Assembly: GCA_964385635.1 (NCBI GenBank)
Contig: CAYLPU010000011.1
Location: 133 to 64,132, forward strand
Direction of reading: 5' to 3'
DNA length: 64,000 nt
From: an uncultured Anaerolineales bacterium
GTDB lineage: Bacteria; Chloroflexota; Anaerolineae; B4-G1
The position numbers and the translations under genes were made by a program. The notes beneath the pieces were generated by a model. It searched no databases. It worked only from the letters and a program-made list of their open reading frames with translations, and had not been told where the DNA came from. Positions within the stretch are counted from its first letter, which is position 1; every line of letters begins with the position of its first letter. Shown here piece by piece: positions 45,609 through 54,027 of this stretch.

Positions 45609-46668
45609 CAGTTTCCTTTCTCGCGATTTCGCAACAGCCGTAGCCCGTCCCGGTCTACGTGTGCCCGCCACACTCGTGCGTCCTTCAGCCCCGCATCGGT
45701 CGCGGCAGCGCGCAGTGCATCAACCAGTTTCCCTTCGTGACCCGGCCGGGCCAGCGCGAAGACGGAGCCCCCGCTTCCTGCGCCTGTCAATTTGGCGCCT
45801 AACGCGCCGGCTGCCAGCGCTGCCTGGATGAGCGTGTTGTTGGCCTCTCCCGCGCCGTCGGGCATGCCGCAGTAGTTCATCATCTCGTCCACCAGGCGGT
45901 GGCTCCTACTCGCTCCATCACGTCGAGCATGAAGGGTTTGGGGCGGTCGCCTTCGTATTCGGCGTGCTCCCTCAGGTAGCGGCTGCGCATCAGACCATGC
46001 ACATCGCCCGAGTCGCGCACCACGCCGGTAAAAGCGATAACCAGCGACAGGTTTGGCGCCCAGGAGTCGAGCCGCTCGTAGGTGGCGAAGGGCTCCTCGC
46101 CGATAGGCTTCTGGTGGAGTTTGCCGCGATAGTCCAGGTAGGCCAGGCCGCCGAAGAGGGGCACGTACCGGTCGGCGTAGCCACAGGTGATACCAAGTTC
46201 CTTCGCCTCGATGCGCTGGCATAGTTCGGCCAGCACGTAGTTGTTGTGGATGCGCGGATCAAGTTCGTAGAAAACACGCAGGCCGGCCAGCGCCAGCAGC
46301 ACGAGCACCGACGAGCCGCCCAGCCCGGATTGGCGTGGCACCTCGGTCCAGGTGGCGATGCGCGCGCCGCCACGTTCTGCCAACCGCTGGCGGAACTGGA
46401 CGCTGTAGGCGTACAGCCGGTTGATCGCCGCCTTGAGCAAATCGAGGGTGCCGTCATAGGGATAGGGTGGGGGGCCTACGAGGGTTTGGGAGGCGACGGT
46501 CTCGCCCCCACGAGTGACCGTCTCCAGTACCAAATCGCCGGCCGGCTCTACGGTGGCCCCGGCGTATGTGTCAATAGCGGCGGAGATTGTGGCGTGGTCC
46601 CCCTCGTTGGCGTCGGCGGGGTTGCCGAGGATATTGACGCGAGCGGGAATGGTCAGTCGATAGCGCAT
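45608..46668 (-). pseudogene. GHMP-family sugar kinase, split by a frameshift near 45883-45915
   Basis: ATG 46668 gives MRYRLTIPARVNILGNPADANEG...GLGGSSVLVL and ends at TGA 45880. The GHMP C-terminal domain (RLVDEMMNYCGMP...KLTGAGSGGSVFAL) continues in another frame to 45608. Confidence 0.7.
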
Positions 46669-46679
46669 GAATTTTCGTG

Positions 46680-47144
46680 CTACTCGTATACTCTCCAGTA
46701 CGGCTTCTCTGGCTCCCACCGGGCGCGGAATTCCTCCGGCACGGTGGTCAGAATGGATTCGCAGTCAGCGGTGACAGTGCCATCGGGCAGGCGGATCTCC
46801 CCGGCCACCCGTGCGCCTATCCCGCTCATATGCTCCACCCATCCCACGGCGGTCAGTGGGGTCTCGGTGGGTGTCGGGCGGCGGTAGCGGATCGTTAGAC
46901 GGAGTGTCGCCATCAGGTTCTCGTCGGAGCCGCCCATCATCACCGCCCGCCCCGAGACCTCGTCCAGCACAGCGGCGACGATGCCGCCGTGGACGACGCC
47001 GGGGTAGCCCTGGTACTCGTCGGGCACGATGAGGTCGGCCTGCACCCGCCCTGTCTCCGGGTCATTGTAGAAGGCCATTTTGAGCCCAACTGGGTTCTGC
47101 AGACCACAGACGAAACACATTCGGGAGTTGGGTTGTTTGTTCAT
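46680..47144 (-). CDS. PaaI/hotdog-fold thioesterase
   Basis: CFVCG...GYPGVVHGGIVAAVLDEVSG. Confidence 0.85.
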   Translation of the reverse strand: MNKQPNSRMCFVCGLQNPVGLKMAFYNDPETGRVQADLIVPDEYQGYPGVVHGGIVAAVLDEVSGRAVMMGGSDENLMATLRLTIRYRRPTPTETPLTAVGWVEHMSGIGARVAGEIRLPDGTVTADCESILTTVPEEFRARWEPEKPYWRVYE

Positions 47145-47156
47145 GCTGAGGGTGTT

Positions 47157-50100
47157 CTACAATGCATCGAAAGGCAAGAAAGACAAAGAGGACGTAACCC
47201 CCTTGAGAATCAGGGCCATTTCAGCGGCTTTGGCCAGGGAAAGCGCTCCCTCGAACTTCTGTTTCAATTCCATGCTCTTGATTTGAAAGACAGGGGAGAT
47301 GCTTATTCTTAACAACTCGTTTTCGAACGTCATCTCATCGGCACCGCTTTCCGAAGTTTTCAACGTCAGCCGTGACTCTTTCCCGCCTTCCCGCCTCCTG
47401 ATGCTCCATCCCCTATCGTTTCTTTCGACGTAGAAGGCATTGTCGTCTTCCTGCCCAAAATCGCTTTCCATCAGGAAGAGCCTGGGCTTGTCCAGGTAGG
47501 GCTTGCCGTCGTGCACGCAGAAAGTGGCGCAGTTGCCACATTCGTTGCAGAAGTCATCTACGTGGATGATCTGCCGGACCTGCTCGATCCTGAAGACCTC
47601 TTCTCCTGTCACCGCCAACTGGCCCTGCTGGCAGGAGATCTGCGGCAGCGTCAGGTTCACAGGTGGGACAACGAAGGTGTAGTTGGCCCGGTTGGGGCAT
47701 ACCTCCACGCACTTGTCACAGAAGGTGGAGCACTGCAGACACCTGGACGCCTCGCTGAGCGCCGCCTCCTCCGTCAGCGTCGCCTCGACCAGGTCAAATC
47801 CTCCGCGTTGGGCGGGCGGGAGCATCTCTTCTTTGTGTTGCGCCACTTTTCTGGCCCGGGCGCATTTCACGCGTATGATCTCTTCCTCAGAGAGCACGGG
47901 AAGTCGGACATCTGGCCGTTCGAATGATAGGCCCAATTTTCTGCACATGGCCTCGGCGGCTCGCTTTCCATCGGCGCACGCCTCAATGATGATGGCTGGT
48001 CCCCGGACCGCGTCCCCTCCCGCGTAGACCCGATCCGCGCTCGCAAGCCCGGTTTGGGGAGCGACAGCGATGGTCCCGTTCTTGTGCAGGGAGATTTCGC
48101 TTCCGTCGAGGAAGGAGACGTCTGGGCGCTGACCGATGGCCAGGATGATGGAATCCGCCTCGATCTGGAACTCGCTCCCCTTGATGGGGACTGGTCTTCT
48201 CCTACCGTCCGCGCCGGGTTTCCCCAACTTGTTCCGAATGCACTCCAGGGCGGCGACCTGGCCCTCTCTTAGTATGACCCTGGTGGGAGAAGCCAGTTCC
48301 TCCAGGGTGATACCTTCCGCGAAGAGGCCCTCGATTTCCTCCTCCGTGGCCGGCATCTCCCGGCGGGTCCGCCGGTAGACGACCGTCACCCTTCCCCCCC
48401 CTTGGGGGGGACTGAGGGGGGGCGCGAGCCGCCAGGCTGTCCTGGCTCCGTCCATGGCGGTGTTCCCTCCCCCGATCACCAGGACCCTGGGACCCAGGTT
48501 GATTTCTTTACCCCGTGCCACCCGTTCGAGAACGTCGAGGGCCTGGAAGACACCCTGGCCCTCTTCCCCCTCAATGGACAGGCGAGTGCCATTTTGGAAT
48601 CCTGAGGCGATGTAGACTGCGTCGAAACCCTCGCTAAGGAGTCTCTCTGGAGGAGCCGTGATGGGATGAGAGAGTTCGATTTTGACTCCCAGGTTCTTGA
48701 TCCGGTCAATGTCCTCCTTGATGACCGGTTCGGGCAGTCTGAAGGCGGGGGCCAGAGCCAACATTCCTCCTGCCCTGTCTCTGGCCTCGTAGATGGTCAC
48801 CTGGACCCCGTTCAGGGCCAGGAAATAGGCCGCAGCCAGTCCCGAGGGGCCGCTGCCGATCACCGCCACGCGAACGCCAGAAACCAGGTTTTTTCCTAGA
48901 AACCTGGTTTCTATGTCATTCCCCTTTTCGGCGGCGAACCGCTTCAGTGCCCGGATGGCGACCGGTTCGTCGTAGTTGTTCCGGGTGCAGCGGGTCTGGC
49001 ACAGGTGGGTGCAGACGTAGCCGGTCACACCAGGGAGGGGGTTGCGGGAGAGAATGACCTCCAGCGCCCGGTCGTATTCCCGTTGAGCGATCAGCCAGGC
49101 GTATTCCGGCACGTCCTGAAGCACCGCGCATTGCTCCACGCAAGGGGCGGTGATGCAGTCGAAGAGGTCCAGTTTCGTTTCGACCTTGGGCAGACCGTAG
49201 GGGTGATAGTCCTTTTTGTACCGTGGGTCTTTCAGTGCCCGGGTGGCCTCCTGTTCCAGGTTGGCTAGCCTATCCTGGGCGAGTTCCTCCAGGCCTGTTA
49301 CCCCCAGGCTGCGCATGTCTGTCTCCAGGTTTTCCAGGTATTGGAGGAATCGGGAATAGCCGCCCGGTTTCAGGAGGTCGGAGACCGCGGTGACAGGCCG
49401 GGCGCCAGAGGCCAGAATGGATGTCAGATTTAGCGCGTCGGCCCCAGCGGAGAAGGAGACGTTCAGGTCTCCATCGAACTCCTGGGAGAGTTTGTGGAAG
49501 AGGTTGATGGTGATTGGATAGAGAGCCCGGCCCGACATATACATTTCATCGCCGGGGAGGGCGCCCTTGTGGTTGGCCATAGCCAGCGTGTTGCTCAATT
49601 TGACCCCAAAGGTCAGGCCCTGCTCTGCGGCAACTTCCTTCAGCGTCCTAATCAGTTCCACCGCCCGGTCGTATTGCAGGTCGTGCTCGAACACAGCGTC
49701 GGGGATGTGGGTCTGCCTGAAACCGAGACGGTCGTGGAGGATGCGCATCATCGTCTCCTGGCCCAGCAGGGTGGGGTTCAGTTTGACCGTGGTGTGCAGG
49801 CCCCTATCCTCCAGCAAGTACCTGCCGATCTGTTCAATTTCGTCGGGGGGACAGCCGTGCATCGTCGAAAGGGTGACGTTGTCGGTGAGACGAGCCGGGA
49901 TCTCAATGTCGCCGAATTGCGGAAACTTCTCTCTTAGAACCGCCTGGATTTCGGCGATCTCGTCCGATGCATCTTCCAGCCTGTCCATAAAATGGGTCAT
50001 AGGCGGGCTCTGGACTCCCTCCAGGTCGTAGCCTACGCTCATGTTGAAGATCGTTCCGAAGGGGGTGCTGTCCTCGAAGCCGAGGAGGCGACGGAGGACG

Positions 50101-50498
50101 TGAATCAGTGCCCAGGCATCGATGTACTCACAGGCGGACTGATCCAACTTGAGTTCCTGGGACCATTCGACGTTGTACCCCTCGTCCTCCATGTCAATGC
50201 AGGGCCTGGGGATATCCAGTTCATCCATGATCTGCACGGTCTTCAGTTCGATAAACCGGCCTCCGGAGAGCCAGGCGCACAAGATATTCTGGGTCAACTG
50301 GGTATGGGGACCCGCCCCCGGCCCGATGGGGGTGGCCAGGTAATGCCCGAAAAGGTTCTTGGTGGCATAGGGGCTGTCCTTCTTGGGGACGTAGAAAAGG
50401 GAGCGGTGAATCCCAAAGATAGACTGGTTCTTTTCAATCTCTGTCAAGATCCAGTTGAGAAGAACGTCGAGGGGTTGGACTTTCATTGCATCAGACAT
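47157..50498 (-). CDS. ygfK: YgfK-like putative selenate reductase subunit / Fe-S flavoprotein (DPD-like TIM barrel + GltD-like FAD/NADPH domains + ferredoxin Cys clusters)
   Basis: N-terminus SIFGIHRSLFYVP...ATPIGPGAGPHTQLTQNILCAWLSGGRFIELKTVQIMD...PCIDMEDEGYNVEWSQEL closely follows E. coli YgfK as I remember it. VAVIGSGPSGLAAA. C-terminal CLQCSTFCDKCVEVCP. Confidence 0.8.
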   Translation of the reverse strand: MSDAMKVQPLDVLLNWILTEIEKNQSIFGIHRSLFYVPKKDSPYATKNLFGHYLATPIGPGAGPHTQLTQNILCAWLSGGRFIELKTVQIMDELDIPRPCIDMEDEGYNVEWSQELKLDQSACEYIDAWALIHVLRRLLGFEDSTPFGTIFNMSVGYDLEGVQSPPMTHFMDRLEDASDEIAEIQAVLREKFPQFGDIEIPARLTDNVTLSTMHGCPPDEIEQIGRYLLEDRGLHTTVKLNPTLLGQETMMRILHDRLGFRQTHIPDAVFEHDLQYDRAVELIRTLKEVAAEQGLTFGVKLSNTLAMANHKGALPGDEMYMSGRALYPITINLFHKLSQEFDGDLNVSFSAGADALNLTSILASGARPVTAVSDLLKPGGYSRFLQYLENLETDMRSLGVTGLEELAQDRLANLEQEATRALKDPRYKKDYHPYGLPKVETKLDLFDCITAPCVEQCAVLQDVPEYAWLIAQREYDRALEVILSRNPLPGVTGYVCTHLCQTRCTRNNYDEPVAIRALKRFAAEKGNDIETRFLGKNLVSGVRVAVIGSGPSGLAAAYFLALNGVQVTIYEARDRAGGMLALAPAFRLPEPVIKEDIDRIKNLGVKIELSHPITAPPERLLSEGFDAVYIASGFQNGTRLSIEGEEGQGVFQALDVLERVARGKEINLGPRVLVIGGGNTAMDGARTAWRLAPPLSPPQGGGRVTVVYRRTRREMPATEEEIEGLFAEGITLEELASPTRVILREGQVAALECIRNKLGKPGADGRRRPVPIKGSEFQIEADSIILAIGQRPDVSFLDGSEISLHKNGTIAVAPQTGLASADRVYAGGDAVRGPAIIIEACADGKRAAEAMCRKLGLSFERPDVRLPVLSEEEIIRVKCARARKVAQHKEEMLPPAQRGGFDLVEATLTEEAALSEASRCLQCSTFCDKCVEVCPNRANYTFVVPPVNLTLPQISCQQGQLAVTGEEVFRIEQVRQIIHVDDFCNECGNCATFCVHDGKPYLDKPRLFLMESDFGQEDDNAFYVERNDRGWSIRRREGGKESRLTLKTSESGADEMTFENELLRISISPVFQIKSMELKQKFEGALSLAKAAEMALILKGVTSSLSFLPFDAL

Positions 50499-50597
50499 AC
50501 TTCCTCCTCAGTGCAACGTGCCATCGTATTCAAGAACTGCCCTGCTGCTCGCAAGAGCAACAGGGCCATCGTGTTCTTGCAGATGGTGGACGAAACA

Positions 50598-51126
50598 CTA
50601 CGGCACGGGCGAAACCTCAACCGTCACAGCCCCGCCGCTGGAGTCTGGCAGATAGAACGGCTCGCTCGTGGCGAGTAGTTTGCCTTCTTCCCCCTTGTAG
50701 ACCAGCCAGCGGAATGGTCCCCTGCCCAGGTCCTCCTCGGCGACCCACCACACCTGCTTGCCCACGAATTCTCTGTCCTCACCGATCACGATATCATTCA
50801 GTCCTCCCTGCCACCCCCCCCCCGACGTCATACCAGTCTCCACCCAGCCCTCTTTGGTATTGGACGACAGTCCATAGATCCTGCCATTGGATGTCGGCCC
50901 AGGGCCACGTCTGGGGGAATTGGACGCGTAACTCGATCCATCCCCCGGTGGATGGCGGTGGCGGCGGTGGGAATGGGGCGGGGGTTGGCCGGGGCGTTGG
51001 CCGGGGCGGCAAATCTGCCAGTGCGGTCTGTGTCAGCAATGGCAGCAACGCGATTGCCAGCAGGGCACAGGCGATGCCGGCGCTGAGAGTCAGATAAGTG
51101 CTTGATTTGTGGTGTTTCGGTGTCAT
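50598..51126 (-). pseudogene. Secreted Trp-rich hypothetical protein interrupted at a G10 tract
   Basis: ATG 51126 follows AAGGAGA. There is a signal peptide (...LLTQTALA/DLPP) and a Pro-rich linker. The frame is lost at the G10 run (C10 on the + strand, 50814-50823). Removing one G fuses it to track ORF 50598..50843. Confidence 0.6.
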
Positions 51127-51230
51127 TCTCACGTCTCCTTTTTTGCTGGGGTTTGCTGATGGACACTCTTGCCAGACACCCAGTATTTTATCACGAATGG
51201 CGCGAATCGGCGAATTACACGATCTGCCGT

Positions 51231-51259
51231 TTGCATCTTGTCTGGCGACACGGTATAAT
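51231..51259 (+). promoter_or_regulatory. Sigma70-like promoter for the selenoprotein gene (-35 TTGCAT, -10 TATAAT)
   Basis: TTGCAT at 51231-51236, a 17-nt spacer, then TATAAT at 51254-51259. Confidence 0.4.
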
Positions 51260-51311
51260 ACCATCAAGTTGGAAGGTTGGCCCTGTTGCTGTTGCTGGAT
51301 TGGAGAACCCG

Positions 51312-52199
51312 ATGCCTGTAGACAGTTTCAAATACTTGCCCCGCCTCATCGCTGCGTTCTACCGGATGACCGACCGCCAGCCAGAACTCCCCATCCCCTG
51401 GACATCGTTGCCACGCTCTTTATCAGACTGCAAGTTCGGGCTGGTGACGTCGGGCGGGCTGTACCACCAGTCCGTCGAGCCACCCTTTGACCTGGCGCGG
51501 GAGAGGCAGGAGCCGACGTGGGGAGATCCCACTTACCGCACCCTGCCCACCGACATCCGGCAGGAAGAGGTGGAAGCCAGTCACCTGCATATCAACACGC
51601 AGTCGGTGCTGTTGGACGTCAACATCCTGCTGCCTATCCGCCGCTTCCAGGAGTTGGCCGTCGAGGGGCGCATAGGTGGCCTGGCGAAACACGCTTACTC
51701 CTTCATGGGCTACCAGGGGTTCCCGCCGGACACGATCGCCTGGCGGGAGACCTACGGTCCCCAGGTGGCTGAGAGGCTCAAAGCCGAGGAGGTGGGCTGC
51801 GTGTTGCTCACCCCCGCCTGACCAGACTGCGCCGTCAACGTGCCCGTGCTGGCACGGACGCTGGAGGCCGCCGGCCTTTCCACGATCCTGGTGACAAATA
51901 TGCCCTTCTGGGCGGAAAGAGTCGGCGTGCCGCGCACGTTGGCCGTCGAGTTCCCCTTCGGCCACACGCTGGGCCGGCCCCACGATACGGCCCAGCAAAT
52001 GCGGGTGGTCCGCCAGGCGCTGGAGGTGCTGGAAACGGCGGAGGCTCCCGGCACGATCGTGCACTCCCCGGAGACGTGGCCCGTGCCCCGGAGAGAGGCG
52101 CTCAAGGGCTGGCAGCCGGAGGCGCCGTCGCCCATCATCCAAATACTGGCTCCCCGCTTCCGCGAGATGGTGCGACAGCGGCGGCAACATAAAGCGTGA
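51312..52199 (+). CDS. Glycine/sarcosine/betaine/D-proline reductase selenoprotein B (GrdB/PrdB) family protein; selenocysteine at TGA 51819-51821
   Basis: Track ORFs 51102..51821 and 51840..52199 share a frame and are separated only by the TGA plus 6 sense codons. Read-through gives GCVLLTPA-U-PDCAVNVPVLARTLEAAGLSTILV (U-x-x-C). ATG 51312 follows GGAGAA. Confidence 0.7.
51833..51860 (+). promoter_or_regulatory. SECIS-like stem-loop 11 nt downstream of the UGA
   Basis: CGTC-AA-CGTGCC [cgtgct] GGCACG-GACG gives 10 bp with an AA bulge and a 6-nt loop containing GU. Confidence 0.4.
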
Positions 52200-52271
52200 G
52201 GCATATCGAAGAGAAAGCCACGCCAATTTGGTAAGAATTTTGGGCTTCAAGGAGTCCGGGAGGGCTATTCC

Positions 52272-53123
52272 ATGAACGATGAGGACAGACGGGTTGTTTT
52301 GATCACTGGAGCCTCGTCAGGTATCGGCAAAGCCTGTGCGAACTATCTGCATCAACGAGGCTGTCGAGTGTATGGTACCAGCCGCCATGTATTGTCTCGA
52401 ACAGCGGAGGTGCCTAGAACGGAGCGTGTTCATTCTGCACCTTTCGAAATGATTCAGATGGATGTTGATCGTGATACCTCCGTTACGCGAGGGGTTGGTC
52501 TTGTTTTGGAGAACGAGGGGCGACTGGACATTTTGGTAAACAGCGCGGGATTTGGAGTCGCGGGGTCCGTCGAGGACACTTCTATTGATGAAGCATGGTC
52601 TCAGTTTGAGACAAATTTTTTCGGTGTTTTACGTACCTGTCGGGCAGTTCTTCCCGTTATGAGAGAACAGCGTTATGGGTACATCGTGAATATCGGCTCA
52701 ATGGCAGGCTTAATTGGACTTCCCTTTCAGGGATTGTATAGCGCCAGTAAGTTTGCCTTGGAGGGGATGACCGAAGCATTGCGTATGGAAGTTCGACCAT
52801 TTGGCATCCGCGTGGTACTCATTGAGCCAGGCGACTTTCATACTCAATTCACAGCCCACCGCCGCAAGACCCTCAAATCCCAGCAGGACTCAGTTTACGT
52901 GGAGAAGTTCAACGCTGCCCTGGGAGTTGTGGAGGCCGACGAAACCAACGGGCCTTCTCCTGACAGAATCGCTCGTCTTCTTGAACGCATAGTAAACGAC
53001 CCGTCGCCTCGTGTCCGCTACCCAATCGGTCCTATTTCAGAGAGGGCCGCAATTACACTGAAGAAAGTGATGCCTCCGCGACTTTTCGAATGGGCTTTGA
53101 TGATGTATTACAAACTGCTCTGA
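52272..53123 (+). CDS. SDR-family oxidoreductase
   Basis: VVLITGASSGIGKA, NSAG and YSASKFAL catalytic motifs. Confidence 0.9.
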   Translation: MNDEDRRVVLITGASSGIGKACANYLHQRGCRVYGTSRHVLSRTAEVPRTERVHSAPFEMIQMDVDRDTSVTRGVGLVLENEGRLDILVNSAGFGVAGSVEDTSIDEAWSQFETNFFGVLRTCRAVLPVMREQRYGYIVNIGSMAGLIGLPFQGLYSASKFALEGMTEALRMEVRPFGIRVVLIEPGDFHTQFTAHRRKTLKSQQDSVYVEKFNAALGVVEADETNGPSPDRIARLLERIVNDPSPRVRYPIGPISERAAITLKKVMPPRLFEWALMMYYKLL

Positions 53124-53144
53124 TTGTGATTAAGGAGGTCGAGA

Positions 53145-53816
53145 ATGCTAGTCGTATCAGAGGCGTGGAAGGCTGCCTATCCTGGAGCAGTGGTGGGCAA
53201 CCTGGTGATGCACAACGTTTCCAATCCAGAGTATCACCCTGTGCTTGATAGGTCTAAAGACGAACTAGAGAATCGGCTATGAGCCCGGTTTCACGATAAG
53301 GCGGACCTGAAGACCCTGGAACCCATCCAGGCGTACGGTGTCTATTTCAAGCGGTACAGGAAGACCTATCCTGTCTACCTTCAACTTGAGTCAGTCGTCC
53401 TTAAAGGCAAGTCAATTCCTCGCGTCGCCGCGCTCATTGAAGCGATGTTTATGGCTGAGCTCAAGAACTTGCTCTTGACGGCCGGGCATGACCTGGAAGC
53501 CTTGCAGATGCCGGTAACGCTTGACGTATCAGACGGCGGTGAGTGCTACACCCGGCTCAATGGGCAGGAACGGGTGCTGAAGCCTGGCGATATGATGATG
53601 GCCGATGCTCAGGGTGTCATCTCCAGCGTGCTCTACGGGCCAGACCATCGCACACGGATAACATCCGACACCCGGCACGTTTTCTTCGCGGTCTATGCGC
53701 CGTCAGGTATTGGGGAACGGGCGGTGTACCAGCACCTGCGGGACATTCAGGCGAACGTTATGCTCGTCGCGCCGGAGGCCGAGGTGGAACCGCTGAAAGT
53801 TGTGGTGGCCGCGTGA
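53145..53816 (+). pseudogene. B3/B4 tRNA-binding-domain protein with in-frame TGA at 53280-53282
   Basis: ATG 53145 follows AAGGAGG. MLVVSEAWKAAYPGAVVGNLVMHNV...ELENRL*ARFHDK...IQAYGVYFKRY... continues in the same frame into track ORF 53445..53816. Confidence 0.55.
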
Positions 53817-54027
53817 AAATCGGGTGTTTGCCTTTTGTGGCAGGCGTGTGTACAATTGTAGCCAAGCGGAGGGAAGGTGAGCGAGAGGTGAGTTGCCAGC
53901 GCAGCGGTGGATTTGACGATCCACCGTGAGCGTGGAAGGGTTGCTTCTGTCACGAGGTGTTAAACATGACATTGTCGAAGTAGTTACGTAGAGGATTGCT
54001 AAGACAGGTCTGACGAGAGCGTAGAAG

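Noticed and set aside
45608-46222. Track ORF of 204 aa as an independent gene overlapping the GHMP kinase ORF.
   Set aside because: Only its last roughly 95 residues (from RLVDEMMNY...) look like protein, namely the GHMP C-terminal domain. The upstream part is out-of-frame translation of the kinase N-domain. It is interpreted as one frameshifted gene.
53280-53282. The TGA in the B3/B4-domain gene as a second selenocysteine codon.
   Set aside because: There is no Cys or redox motif around it and no convincing stem-loop in the 40 nt downstream. The context RL-x-ARF fits an Arg (CGA) codon. A nonsense mutation or base error is more parsimonious. It is kept as a low-interest finding only.
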